Positions 26,092 through 40,003 of a stretch of 64,000 nt of DNA are shown here, one piece after another; positions within the stretch are counted from its first letter, which is position 1; the number at the start of each line of letters is the position of its first letter. Below the pieces are notes generated by a model. That model ran no database searches. It saw only the letters and a program-made list of their open reading frames with translations, and was not told the origin of the DNA. Source of the DNA: Octopus vulgaris (lineage: Eukaryota). Position numbers and translations under genes: made by a program. Where the stretch lies: the NCBI GenBank assembly GCA_951406725.2, contig OX597821.1:81654001-81718000 (forward strand), given 5' to 3'.

Positions 26092-26505
26092 CTTTTCTAC
26101 TCTAGGCAAAAGGCCTGAAATTTTTTGGGGAAGAGGCTAGTTGATTAGATTGACCCCAGTATGCAACTGGTACTTAATTTATCAACCCCAAAAGGATAAA
26201 AGACAAAATCGACTTCACCTTGTGTGCCAATGTTTCTGCCAGCTCGCCGCCTTTGATAATATATTCTGAAGAGTCAATGATTTATGCTAGTAACTAATGG
26301 TTTGAAATTTTGGTACAATGCCAACAATGTTAGGGCTAAGGTGTTGATTACATCAACCCCAGTGCTCAATTGGTACTTGTTTTCTTAACCTCAAAAGGAT
26401 GAAAGGCAAAGTCAACTGCAGTGGAATTTGAACTCAGAATGTAGAGAGCCGAATGAAATGCTGCTGAGCGTGTTCGATGCTCAAACAATTCTACCAGTTC
26501 ACCAC
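26092..26505 (-). mobile_element. Two tandem SINE family B copies
   Basis: Family B core present twice. Confidence 0.8.
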
Positions 26506-27111
26506 TTTTATGTTAGTAAATAACAAAAATGCTTTCAGAAGAATCAAATTTCTCCAAGAAGTCTAATGATGTCCACACATGCTTGCCTACTCACACAAAC
26601 ACATCTTTGTGTGTATGCATGCATACACACACACAAACAGTGCGTGCATGCATATACACCCATCGACAAATGAAGTGGTCTCTCAAAAGGTATGATTGCT
26701 CCTCTCTGACCAGTGCAAAAAACCCAAGCATTAAAATAAACCCCAAACCGCAGATTCGAAGAGTTAAAAGATTCACCGTGGAAAGAGCAGCATCATGAAG
26801 GATATGTGCTCTCTTGTAAAATTGCTGTGTGTTTCAATGATTTCCTGTGTCAGGCGATCGGAGTACAGGAAAAGCTTTAAGCTGTCTCAGCAGCCCATGT
26901 TTGTCAAGTTAATAACAGTCAGCAATAGATTAGAATATCTAGATTAATTGACCAAGAGGTTGGGAGATGGAGAGGTTATAGAAGGTAGAACTTTTAGCAA
27001 CAAACTCACTTTAGCAAATGCTGACAGAATATACTAACGCATAACACACACACACTCATATTTTAAAACATGTCAGATTGTATTTCCGCCAATATTTTTA
27101 TATAATTTTAC

Positions 27112-27925
27112 CCATTACACACACACAAATTCATACATATATGTATGTATGTTTGTATGATGTATGTTTGTTTGTATGTATGTATGTATACACAAACACA
27201 CACACACACATATACATACATACATACATATACACATATATACACACACATACATAGATATAAACATATAAACACACATACATACATATACACACATACA
27301 TAGATATAAACACATACAAACATATATATATATATACACACATACATACATATACACACATACATAGATATAAACACATACAAACATATATATATATATA
27401 TACACACATACATATATATATACACATACATACATATATATATACACACATTTATATATACATACACACATATATACACATTTATATATACATACACACA
27501 TATATATATACACATTTATATATACACATTTATATATACATACACACATATATATATATACACATTTATATATACATACACATATATACACATACACACA
27601 TATATACATATATATATACACACACATACATATATATATATATACACACACATATATATATATATATACACACACACATATATATATATATATACACACA
27701 CATACATATATATATACACACACATACATATATATATACACACACATACATATATATATACACACACATACATATATATATACACACACATACATATATA
27801 TATACACACACATACATATATATATACACACACATACATATATATATACACACACACATACATATATATATACACACATATACATAATATATATATATAC
27901 ACACACACACACACAAACAAACACA
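27112..27925. repeat. About 800-bp compound (CA/TA) microsatellite with ~22-bp higher-order unit CATACATATATATATACACACA
   Basis: Direct reading; source of the spurious C/V/Y/I/M ORFs. Confidence 0.95.
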
Positions 27926-28299
27926 CGAAAAAATATGTTAAAATGTATGAATAATAATCACATGATATCTTAGAAAGAGACTAAACTCAAATTTCAAGTA
28001 GTATCATAAATCGTTTCTTTAAAATTCTAAATTTTCTGTATTTTTTCCTAGCAAAAAAAAAAAAAAGGCTAATGTATTAAAAGAATGGAACAAACACATG
28101 ATCTTTTAGACAAGAGTATCCAGCACTGTAAATGGACAACAGTTTGTGCTGTGTCAGAAACTGTGTGGCCAATGACTTAAGTGTGAGTTATACACAAGAG
28201 ACTAAGTTGCTATGTTGGAAACTAGAAATAACCATGTGTTTGGGCAAATCACTTTTATCTTATCCTCCTCATCATCAGAATATAGTAGTAGTAGTAATG

Positions 28300-28620
28300 A
28301 TAATGATGAAGTTATTGTGTATAGTTCTCAGGTGCACTACAACTCATCAAAGGCGCATGTACACAGTACATAGAATTATGTACAAAAGTCAGGAAAAGTT
28401 ATGTATATTGTGTATGAGTCATAATATACATGTGTGCATGTGTATGGAGTGGGGTGGATATCAGGTGTAGTGTTGGTGAATTTCAGGAAGCATGGAGGTT
28501 TTAAAGGATGCAATGTCTGGGCAACTAACAACTGATGCAGGTAGAGTTTGTTCCATGCTTCAGCAACTCTGAGTGTGAAAAAATGATTTTGAAAGTCATG
28601 GGAGCTGTGCTGTTTTCAGA
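28300..28620 (-). mobile_element. CR1-like LINE 3' end
   Basis: Minus translation HFFTLRVAEAWNKL/PASVVSCPDIASFKTSMLPEI (FF..RV...WN.LP..VV....FK); inverted copies near 46195 and 56298. Confidence 0.8.
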
Positions 28621-28630
28621 CTTTGTATGC

Positions 28631-28963
28631 ATGAAGGTGCATAGATCAGTGGTTAGAGCGTCGAACTTACGACCGTGAGGTTGTGAGTTTGAATCCTGGA
28701 CTGGGCTGCATGTTGTGTTCTTGAGCAAGACACTTTATTTCACATTGCTCAGTTCACTCAGCTGTAGAAATGAGTTGCGACATCACTGGTGCCAAGCTGT
28801 ATCCGCTTTTGCCTCTCCCTTGGATAACATCGGTGGCATGCAGCAAGGAGGCTGGTATGCATGGCGACTGCTGGGCTTCCATAAACAACCTTGCCCGGAC
28901 TTGTGCCTGGGAGGGTAACTTTCTAGGTGCAATCCCATGGTCATTCGTGACCAAAGGGGGTCT
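28631..28963 (+). mobile_element. tRNA-derived SINE family C
   Basis: CAGTGGTTAGAGCG A box, GAGTTTGAATCC B box; homologous to 37347 and 59872. Confidence 0.88.
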
Positions 28964-29159
28964 CTGATGCATGCCCATGTGTATTAGACACATGGAGCTC
29001 AAAAAGGTGTTCAAAGTGGTTGTTGGTGTGATAGTTGTCCTTCCTATTGTCAATCCTCAACTGTTTCCACAGGAGGCTGGATGATGTATGATGGTGATGC
29101 TCATTTAGTACCATCACATGATGTCTCAACAAGAGAGCACACAAACATAACATGCATGC

Positions 29160-29197
<38 letters not shown>

Positions 29198-30779
29198 CTT
29201 GTATTTCAAAGGGCCAGCCATGCTACATTCTGTGTCACACTGAATCTCCTTGAGAACTATGTTGATGATATGCGTGTCAGTGGAGCATGCATATCAACTT
29301 GCATGTTAATTTCATGAGGAGGTTGTTACACTGATCATATCGACTGGAACATATCGTAACCTCCAGGGTACCACTTGTTTTATATATATATAATGGGCTT
29401 CTTTCAATTTCCATATGCCAAACCCACTCACAAGGCTTTGATCTATGCTTGCTGTAGCAGAAGACACTTGCCCAAGATGCCACGCAGAGGGACTGGACCC
29501 AAGACTTCATGACTGAGAAACAAGCTTCTTAATCACACAAACATGCCTCAGGACATGCATGCATCTCCCCCCCCCATATACATATATGTAATATCAGGAT
29601 AATAAAGATTTTAGAAATTTTTACTACCAGTGGCCTAGTGTACAGAAAAATTAGTCAAAATACAGTGTACATTTAAACACATTAAGAGGTATCCATCATA
29701 GGACTCCCTTATGCTAGAAGGAACAGCTAAAGTCCAAACCACTAATTAGAGATAAATTCTCGAAGGGAATGAAAAATAAAAACATTTAATGGCTGGACAT
29801 TTATAGATGGTAAATGCTTTTATTTTTCATTCCCTTCGAGAATTTATATATATATATATATGAAGAAATCTGTTTAAATTCCAACCATTGAACCAAATCA
29901 ACATTACATACTGAGTGGAATTTTAGGTTCCTTATTGATTTTCATTAGGGTATAGAAACCGGTAGGTAAAGAGTTTGTAGCAGAGCCCCTCCCTTACTGA
30001 CCATCAAACTAATCATATGAAACCTGATAGAAAGACCGGAGTAAATACATCAACACTGTAAACACCCGAAAGTAATCAAGCCAGTATGACAACAACCACA
30101 ACAACAATAATACCACTAACAACCTGCTTATTTGATTAACTCTTGCTGACCACCTCCACTTTGCTAAGCTTTTCAACCCCACCGACCAACACACTAAACC
30201 ATTTATTAATTCAATTGAGTGTAATCTAATGGCTGGGCATTTATTATCTTTATTATTATTATTTTTATTATAAACTATTGGGAAGTAATTAGTAAGTAGA
30301 CTGGTCTCCACTGGTGTGATGTAGTCCAAAGCCAAATATGTTGAAGTGGTTAAACTCGTGTGTTATACACACACACACACACATGAAAAAAAAAAAACCA
30401 ACTTTCAGTAAACAAGACTGGATAATGGTGAGAAGTGTATACTACAGTACACTGTCATCACATCCCCTGTTTTCCATATGACTAATAGGCTAACAAGGTA
30501 AAGAGTATATTGACAGACATTGATGATGATGATGATGATGATAAAAACAAAAAATACTTTCTTGCAAAATAAACATACGTTAATGAATCAATTATTTTTC
30601 TACAAGAAGTGAAATAATGAACAGTAATTTTGAACGGATATTGTAGAAATACTTTAATGGGTTAGAATATAAATATATAAATTGGTCTGTTGCCATTGAG
30701 AATAAAGAGAACACAAGGGTGGGTGGGCCCTTCCAAATATATTACTAAGTTAAATAGAGTAGTTACACAAACCATATAC

Positions 30780-30816
<37 letters not shown>

Positions 30817-32215
30817 AATATATGATAGGATGAAATGAGTGGAAATGGCAGCCTGATTAACTTGGAATAAATGTTGATTGGTGTGCAGTTATTTGATGAG
30901 CGGTACAACTAATGTTTTGAGCAATATCACAAGCTCCATTAAATCATACGACATGAAGGAGAAACAACAAACGTCGGTCTTTTGTGCTCAAAACTCAAAA
31001 TGAAAATCTTCAGTTTTCCTTCATTCTTCATTAATAATCAGAAAATTTCTCCAATATTTGAAAGAAATCCACCCCTGTTGGTTTCTTTTGCCAAAATGCT
31101 AAGTTATGGCAATGCAAACAAACCAGCACTGGTTGTCAAAATAGTGAGGAGGAACAAACACACACGCACAATATATATATGTGTATGCATTTATATATGC
31201 ATTTATACACAGACTGGGCCTGGCGCAGCCTTCTGGCTTCCCAGACCCCAGTTGAACCGTCCAACCCATGCTAGCATGGAAAACGGATGTTAAACGATGA
31301 TGATATATGCTTACACAAAATTTCTGTTTACTAAATTCACTCACAAGGCATTGGTCAGTTTGGAACCATAATAGCAGACATTTGCCCATGGTGCCACACA
31401 GTGGGACTGAACTTGAAACCATACAGTTGCAAGACAAGCTTCTTAATCACGTTCAGTACAGAAAACACCAGCTTGATTGAGGTAAAACCAGACGGTACAT
31501 ACAAAGTCAAATAGAAGAAGACACTGCAAGTGAGAGTCATCGACTTTCGACAGAACAATCAACAGAATGATTGAAATATTACAGGGGGAGGGGGTTAATC
31601 AAGCTAATAGTTGCATCATAGTAAGGAGAGTGAAGTAGTGTTGGTCACGGAATAGAAAGGGAGAAGGTAATAATGTGGTGGCTATGGCAGAGCGGCAGCA
31701 ATGGTAAGAAGATGGTGAGGTAATAGTTGGGAGGGAACTGAGGGCGCCACCAGTAAGGTGATGGTTGGAATGGTGGTGGAGGGAGTGGTAGTTGTAAATT
31801 TTGTTGAGGTGGATTAATGATATGATGATTGTGGTGATGTAACTAGTGGGATAGCAATGTGGTGGTGTTACTGGTATTACTGTCAATAACTACTTTTAAA
31901 AGTTATTCATACATGTTCTGTGGATGGTTAACTAGACAATGGATGTAGAGATCAAAGGGAGAAGGAGAGAGGGAGAGAGATAGAAAAGGAAAGAGACAGA
32001 GTATAGGGAGTGTACTGAGAGAGAATCACAAAGACATGAAAGGGGGCAGAGAGAGAGAGAGGGCAAGAAAGGGAAAAAGAGCAAGAGAAGAAAGGAGTGG
32101 AGGATAGTGAGGGAAAGAGGTGGGGAGGGAGATGATTAAAATAATGTAAAATGAAGTTAATCAACAATATATAATATAAATAACAGTGTCTGTGTGTGTG
32201 TGTGTATATACATGC

Positions 32216-32253
<38 letters not shown>

Positions 32254-33086
32254 ATAAGCTGTGTGTGTGTAAACAACTCGCCTACAAAGTTAAACAACTC
32301 GCCTACCATTATCCCCCCTCCCTTCCTACCATTATTCACACTCTCCTGGGAAGAGGAAACAAGTTCTTTCCTTCCTCTCTTCCTAGCTACTTTAAAAGAG
32401 AGATCAGGTCCCACTCTGCCAATACACACCTCTCAGCTGCCCCTGATTTCCACCCAATTTCTCTAGGGAGGGGAGAGTTAGTCTGTGATTAAACAACACA
32501 TGGACACTGTTGGTCAGTGAGTAGGAAAGAGGGAGGCTTGGATGGGGAAGGCGGCACTGAGTACAGCGGCAGCCAATGGTTCAAGAACAAACAGAAAAGC
32601 TTTTTGGTCTAGATAACAAACAGAGTGTGCCTGGAACTACTCAACACAAAATTGATATATAAAACAAAACAAAAAAAAAAAAGTACACACCCCACCCCTA
32701 CTTCACGGAAGAAAAAACAAAACAAAAGTACATTTACTCCCCACTTCCACCATTACCACAGTTGCTACCACCAATACCATAATATCTACTGCTACCAACA
32801 CATTATCATTATCACCATATCATCATCATCACTAGAAATGCTGCCTCTCACCATCACTCACCACTACCATTATTGCATGCCTCTTACCTTGTATGGGTTC
32901 CCTCAGCAGCTGCCCCACACCCCACACCATGCATGCCTTAACCACCAACCGAACTTGAGATAACAGGCTGCAAGATTTACTTAGGTTTCCAGTGAAATGA
33001 CTGATCAAACAAAACCAAAGCAAATATTATCAGGCAGGTTGGTTGGTAGAACACTGGCTATTGTCCTCTGTATTGCAGGGATACAT

Positions 33087-33133
<47 letters not shown>

Positions 33134-33265
33134 TTATTATTATAATTATAAAAAGGTAAAGGGAGTTTACTTAACGTAAAAGGAAATTGCTTCATTTATA
33201 TCAACATCATCTTTGCATCTGTTTTTCCATTCTTTTCCAGCACAATGTCCTACTACTTGTAGTTC

Positions 33266-33488
33266 CTTATTTCTTTATTGCCCACAAGGGGCTAAACATA
33301 GAGGGGACAAACAAGGACAGACAAAGGGATTAAGTCGATTGGATCGACCTCCAGTATGTAACAGGTACTTAAATTATTGACCCCGAAAGGATGAAAGGTA
33401 AAGTCAACCTCTGCGGAATTTGAACTCAGAACGTAACGGCAGATGAAATACCGCAAAGCATTTCGCCCGGCATGCTAACGTTTCTGCC
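33266..33488 (-). mobile_element. SINE family B, young (CpG-retaining) copy
   Basis: Reverse complement of 20130-20360. Confidence 0.88.
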
Positions 33489-33489
33489 A

Positions 33490-34390
33490 TTCCTTGTCAT
33501 CTCTTTGGTGAGGTTAACCTTCCTAAAAATCATCCTCCACCACTTCCCCTCCCCACCAAGACTTTCCCACTTTTTCTCTTCCATGGGTAACTTCTGTGTA
33601 AATTACTTGCTACTTATTTGTCATCTTTCATAGGTTTCACTCATCCATATCATCCTCTTCTGCACTGCATCCGATTCCTCTTACACAGTCTTTTTCTCTT
33701 GGCTCATTGGTGCTTGCTCGTTCCTCATCATCATTTAACATCTGTTGTCCATGCTGGCATAGGTTGGACAGTTTGACCAGAGCCAGGAAGCTGAGGAGCT
33801 GCATCAGACTCCAGTCTGTTCTGGCATTGTTTCTAAGACCCCTCCTAATGCCAACCACTTTACAGAGTGTGCTGGGTGCTTTTACAACATACTGCAAGGG
33901 CACTTTTATAGGGCACCGCCCATAAGTGCTTCACATCACCAGAAGTACTAGTCTTAACACTTCTGCAGTGGAGTACAGGTCTTTTTTGAGCACAAAAAGG
34001 TGCCAGGCATTTCGGCCTTTTGTCATCTTGCCTGAAAGCTTCAGCATCCTGAGGTCGTTCCTCAATACACTAACATTTACATAGCTAACGGAATCACTCT
34101 TGCCTTATTTCTTTCCAGCCTTTGAACATCCCCTGCACTGAAGGCCCATGCTTCACAACCATATGCTGTCACACTTTGTACACAAGCACCACAAGATTAA
34201 CCCTTCACTTGAAGGGAGCACCATTTTGTTGCCAGTAGGAATAAACTTTCTCTTTCTCTCTCTAAACATTTTCCATTCTATCCTTATTCTGTCTACTGTT
34301 CTTTTAGAATATCCATCACCTTTACTGCTAATTCAGCCACTTAGATAACAGAATCTGTCAACTACTTCTAAAGAACCTTGCAGGTATTTG
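33490..34390 (-). mobile_element. Decayed RTE-like LINE fragments
   Basis: Minus translation GSLEVVDRFCYLSG*ISSKGDGYSKRTVDRIRIEWKMFRE; RTE-type tail at about 33724-33890. Confidence 0.75.
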
Positions 34391-35089
34391 AAACAACTAA
34401 ATTTTTAGATACTAAAAGAAATCAAAGGCCAGGTGGTGGTGGTGGTTGTGGTGATGATATACTGAGTAACAAATTAAGTCTATTTGAAAATAATACTCTG
34501 AAATTAAATACAATAAGTGTGGAGAGTAAACCTGGTCTTTTTGGTTAGGCAGCCATGCATAATAATCATAATATATCCAAGATATCTCAATTCCCTCCAT
34601 ACTGAATGTTTACGACTGATAACTTGCCTACTTCAGCACGAATACAGCATAAACTCAAATTTAGGTAAATTTCCGTTAATGCCCAATATAAGATGTGTCA
34701 TTGTCATTTGATCTTTAAATGGTAACTAACACCTGGGGTGTATTTAGTTAAATTATATATAAAAATATGTGTGTGTGTATAATAGGCATACAGTTGTAAA
34801 CAAGACTTTAAAATAATAACTGTGTGATGTATGTGCACGTGCCCAAATGGCAAGCAAAAGATATACATAGACAGAATCAAAAGGAAGTTCTACCCTTGTT
34901 TTGTGTATTGTTGAAATTTGAGAAGTTGTGTAAACTAATACAATAAACCCAGTCCTTTTTAGAGATCACGTAAGGTCAAGTGTGTGTGTGCACACAAGCA
35001 ATATATATATCTACACAAAGGATCAGCTGTGCCACAATATGTAACCCAATACTTGAAAGATGGTGGAAGTTCAAGTGAGATTTACTTAC

Positions 35090-35140
35090 ATGAACATTGA
35101 TTTGGGATAAATCTTCTCTTTTTTCTGAAAGATTGATAAC
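35090..35140 (-). CDS. TNS: Tensin exon (VINLSEKREDLSQINVH)
   Basis: Acceptor CTCTTTTCAG, donor |GTAAGT; 51 nt, phase 0-0; resembles TNS1 LFNLSERRPDITKLHAK; not shown in this frame by the ORF track. Confidence 0.93.
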
Positions 35141-35394
35141 CTGAAAAGAGAAAACAATAATTTAATTTCAGAAATGATTGAATGAGACTTATAATTAGTG
35201 ACATACTGGGAAATTTTTATTGAATAAATAAAACAGAAGCCACTTAGGGATAAAATACTAACATATTGTAAAACTGCAATTGGTAGGAATTTGGAAGTCA
35301 TTACCTCGAGTCATTTCTGGTGAATGTTGAAGAAAGGTGTTACTTTTGCTGTGGCCATTTTAAAAATATTGTTCCTGGACAAAATTATTGGTGT

Positions 35395-35806
35395 CATCAT
35401 CATCATCATCATCGTTTAACATCTGCTTTCCATGCTAGCATGGGTTGGACGATTTGACTGAGGACTGGCGAACCAGATGGCTGCACCAGGCTCCAATCTT
35501 GATCTGGTAGAGTTTCTACAGCTGGATGCCCTTCCTAACGTCAACCACTCTGAGAGTGTAGTGGGTGCTTTTATGTTCCACCGGCATGAGGGCTAGTCAG
35601 GCAGTACTGGTAATGGCCATGCTAAAATGGTGTATTTTACGTGCCACCTGCACAGGAACCAGTCCAGCGGCACTGGCAACAACCTCGCTTGAATGCTTTT
35701 TCATGTGCCAGTAAGGCGACGCTGGTAACGTTCACACTCGAATGGTGCCTTTTACGTGCCACCAGCACGGAAGCCAGTTAGCTGCTCTGGCAACGATCAT
35801 GCTCAA
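35395..35806 (-). mobile_element. RTE-like 3' UTR/tail fragment
   Basis: (CAT)n then CCATGCTAGCATGGGTTGGACG; reverse complement of the 16089 and 22700 regions. Confidence 0.8.
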
Positions 35807-35844
35807 ATGTGTTTATATGATTCCTTACTTGAAAAACAGCATCA

Positions 35845-36170
35845 TTATCATTGGTTAATGTACACTTTCCCTGCTTGCATTTGTTGAAGCAGGTTTTCTA
35901 CAGCTGGATCCCCTTCCTGTTGCCAACCTTCACTTGTTGGCAAGCAAAGTAATATTTCTCCCATGGCTAGACATGCTCATATACAGCTATCACATGATGT
36001 TGAGACAAGGGTTCACACACCCACACACACATACAGGCTTCTTTCAGTTTCTGTCTACCAAATCCACTCAGAGCTATAGTAGAAGATGCTTGCCCAAAGT
36101 GTCATGCAGTGAATCCGAACCCAGGACCATGTAATTAGGAAACTAGCTTCTGAACCGCACAACTATGCAT
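35845..36170 (-). mobile_element. SINE family E
   Basis: Homologous to 9330-9635 and 38215-38602. Confidence 0.7.
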
Positions 36171-37346
36171 GTCTATAAGGGACAAACAAGGTTGTAAAAC
36201 TACGCACATGGTTGAAAAAAAACAAAACAAAACAGTGCCTGAATAAATATATTCTTCTAACTCATGCTAGCATAGTAAAAATGGATGTAAAAATGAATGA
36301 ACTAATACAGTAATTATAACACTGATGCCTTGACTAATCGGTATTTTATTTACTCTCATAAATTTTATACCCATTCACCAAAAGTAAAACATAGGGACAT
36401 GTTAATTTGCCATGAGGACAGGTAACCCCTAATATTTTGATGAGCCTTTCATTGCAGAATGACTCAATATGTACTATCTTCTCTGCACCCACTTTCTGTT
36501 AAAAGACTGTCCAGAATCTTATGTTTGCTATCTTCATGGTAATTTGTATTGTCTCCTGTTAGCACAAACTACTAATTAACTAGCCAGCTCATTTCTATAT
36601 AAAGAAACTATGTGGTTATTTACGATGGGGTCAGTTTGACCCCCATGATAAATAAATCACTAATCTGATGATGGTAGTGTTGTTGAGTCTGTGTTTGAAA
36701 ATAGATTGGGGATGAAAACAGTTACCAAAAGATTAAAAAAAACAAAAAAGCTGAAAACATGAAGAAACACTTTCAGCATCTCCAGAGCAAGTCTACAAAT
36801 GAGCAATCCAAATTTACTAGTACAGCCAGAAAAAAACACACTAGAGATAACTATACAAAAATATTACAGCTGTCATATCAACATACTAAGTTTCTCCAAA
36901 CTATAGTTGCATGCAACCTTCTATGTTAAGCTTTATTCAATCAAATATCTAAACTCTGACATTGAACTGGTAGCAGCCTGAAATAGTTTTAATCAGCATG
37001 TGAAATGCATGCAATGCCACAGTAATATTAGCATAACAATAATATCATATTACCCAGGAATAAATTGGTTTAATTCCTTCCATTACTTGAAGAATGTATC
37101 TAAAACCGTTTACCATGTCCCTGTATCAGTTGTCAAATTATGCAAGTAGTTCTCCTTCTTTACACTCAACTCATATTACATCTTACCACCAAGTTATATA
37201 TGCAGCAACAAGTGTTAAAAAACAATTCTGATTTTCTAAACAGAAAACAGGATCCATAAACACACTGAGCCAACCTTTAAATTCTTTAGGCCTTAAAAAC
37301 AGTGAGAACTGCCAGTCTTTTATTACATATTGTCACACTTTGTCAT

Positions 37347-37665
37347 GTGAAGGTGCATGGCTCAGTGGTTACAGCATTGAGCTCACAATCATGAGGTAGT
37401 GAGTTCAGTTCCTGGAATGGGCTGTGTATTATGTTCTTGAGCAAGACACTTCATTTCACATTCCTCCAGTTCACTCATCTGTAGAAATGAGTAGGGACAT
37501 CACTGGTGCCAAGCTGTATTGGCCTTTGCCTTTCCCTTGGATAACATCAGTGGTGTAAAGCAGAGAGGTGGGTCTTCCATAAACAACCTTGCCTGGACTT
37601 GTGCCTCGGAGGGGAGCTCTCCAGGTGCAATCCCATGGTCATTCATGATTGAAGGGGGTTTTTAC
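37347..37665 (+). mobile_element. SINE family C
   Basis: Homologous to 28631-28963. Confidence 0.85.
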
Positions 37666-37982
37666 CATGTTTTTGGAATAGGTATTATGGTTGGAAGCTC
37701 TTCTTATTACCAACCAGTTTAAAACATGGACTGTATGCATCTTATTGATCCGTCATCCCCCAGAGAGTCACTCATCATTACTAAAGAGTCCTCTCAACCC
37801 TATATCAGTTTTTTTCATAGTTACTAGCCTCCTAAAAAGGTTACCTTTGCTGTAGTTTGAGCAATTATCTCCTTTGTTTCTTCTTCATTTTTAAATGAAG
37901 ATATCAAGAAGAAAAAAAATGCCTACAAGTTGCACTTGTGTTCAATTACCCATTTGTTTATATCTTATCTATTTATTAAAGC

Positions 37983-38602
37983 CATCATCATCATCATCAT
38001 TTAATGTCCACTTTTCCATGCTTGCATGGGTCAGATGGATTTTGTTAAGGCAGATTTTTTACAGCCAGGTGCTCTTCCTGTTGCTTACCCTCGCTTATTT
38101 TCAAGTAAGGTAACATTTTCCCCGTAGCTAGACATATTCAAGAACAAAGTTGTAAAGTAATGAAGACATCACTGAATATACCATGCTTCTCTAAAAACCC
38201 TCACCATCCTCTTGTCATCCCCTTTTCCATGCTCATATGGGTCAGATAATATTTGCTGAGGCAGATTTTCTATGGCTGGATATCCTTCCTGTTGCCAGCC
38301 CTCACCTATTTTCAGGCAAGGTAATATTTCTCCATGACTGAACATGTTATCATAGAAGATTGGAAATGAAGGACAAGTCTATCAAGTGAAGTCAAGACAA
38401 GGAGAGAGTATGTTACTCTCCCACTCACCCCATCACACATTACTTGAATGACAGGCTTCTTTCAGTCTTTGTCTACCAAATCCATTCACAAGACTAAAGT
38501 TGTTGGCACAGGGCTGAAGTAAAAGACACTTGCCCAAAATGCCATGCTGTGGAACTGAACCCAAAACCATGTGGTTGGGAAGTAAACTTCTTACCACACA
38601 GC
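37983..38602 (-). mobile_element. SINE family E, one partial and one full copy
   Basis: GGCAGATTTT..AC.GC.GG.TG..CTTCCTGTTGC block twice; family-A head at 38450-38602. Confidence 0.75.
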
Positions 38603-38802
38603 AGGGTTTGTACCTTGGCACCAGCATTATTTTAAGTTTGAGTTACAAACAGTTTGGCTAATTAAATATTCATGACCCCCTAAAGATCTTGTTTGGATGA
38701 TCTGAAATTTGGGTAATTGATGTTCAAATAACTGCAGTATAGCTGTGAGTGTTGCAGTAATGAATATTGATTTCTGTTTAAGAAGTAAGAATGAATACTC
38801 AC

Positions 38803-38900
38803 CAGATATTTGTCACCATGCTTAGTTTTCAGCATGTTAGCCACATCTTTAAGTGCATAGCTGTAGAGTTCATCATGTCCCTCAGCGGGAAAGGATATCG
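38803..38900 (-). CDS. TNS: Tensin exon (AISFPAEGHDELYSYALKDVANMLKTKHGDKYL)
   Basis: Acceptor TCTCTTCCAG, donor CTG|GTGAGT; 98 nt; resembles TNS1 AVSFP...EVAQMLKSKHGGNYL. Confidence 0.96.
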
Positions 38901-39186
38901 CTGGAAGAGAAACAAAGAATATTCTGACAAACATACACAAAATATTATTTCAAATAATTACCCAAAAAAAAAAAAAAAATGAAAACTAAAAACCAATACT
39001 CAAGTGGAAAATAAAGTACATGTAAAAATATGTAAAAAAAACCATTGATTAAAACAAGATATGAACTAATGATATTTAAAAAGTGAATTTTTTTCTGTTA
39101 CGTTGCTTTTCAGTTTAAGTTGCATGTCTTGGAACCAATTATTGATGTAAGTTGACATATGCCATCCTCTGTGTGTGTGTGTGTGC

Positions 39187-39227
<41 letters not shown>

Positions 39228-39360
39228 TCTTTATGAGCCACACAGGGTTGGACACAGGCGGGACAAATTACAAAGTAGGGATTTTCTTTTGGGGGAGAAA
39301 AAAACCCCCAAAAATACATAATGTAATGTTAGGGTCAAGCAGTGTTTAGGCATAAGCAAA

Positions 39361-39627
39361 ATTTAGGTTAGTTAAAATATGTTTGTGATATATTTCAACT
39401 GTTAAAGTGCAAATTCACCATAGTTACCATTCAGAGTTGCCTCTCATCAAAGTACATCCTGTTGACAAGAGTCAAAAAAACTCAAAACATCAATGTCTGG
39501 GATTCCTGGTAGATGGCGACACTGAACACCTTTTTACATAAGAGAGATATCTTCTCCACAGTAACTGCAGTTAATTTACCTTTTAGCAGTTGAAATATGT
39601 CACAAATACATTTTAACTAACCTAAAT
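39361..39627. mobile_element. Long-TIR fold-back element (MITE-like)
   Basis: ~67-bp imperfect inverted arms at 39361-39427 and 39561-39627. Confidence 0.65.
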
Positions 39628-39748
39628 AAATATACACACACACATATAATTATTAATAATAGTGAATATAAAATTCCAAACTTACAGGGAAAAATTCAAT
39701 TTAGCAATACTAAATCAAATTTCACAATATATAATATATGTATATAAT

Positions 39749-40003
39749 TAAGAGAAAAAAAATCTGTATTAAGTAATTCAATTGATAGTGAAAGATATTA
39801 TCTATATTAAATCATATAGAAAGAATTTAAATATATTATAATAAATATTATTCTAAAATCACTAAATTAAATAAACATAATGTATATTTAATTTAGTGAT
39901 TTTTAGAATAATATTTATTATAATATATGATTTATTCTTTCTATATGGTTTATTATAGATAATATCTTTCACTATTAATTGAATTACTTAGAGGTTTTTT
40001 TCT

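Noticed and set aside
27108-27926. Longest ORFs (up to 269 aa) of C/V/Y/I/M
   Set aside because: Translations of a (CA/TA) microsatellite
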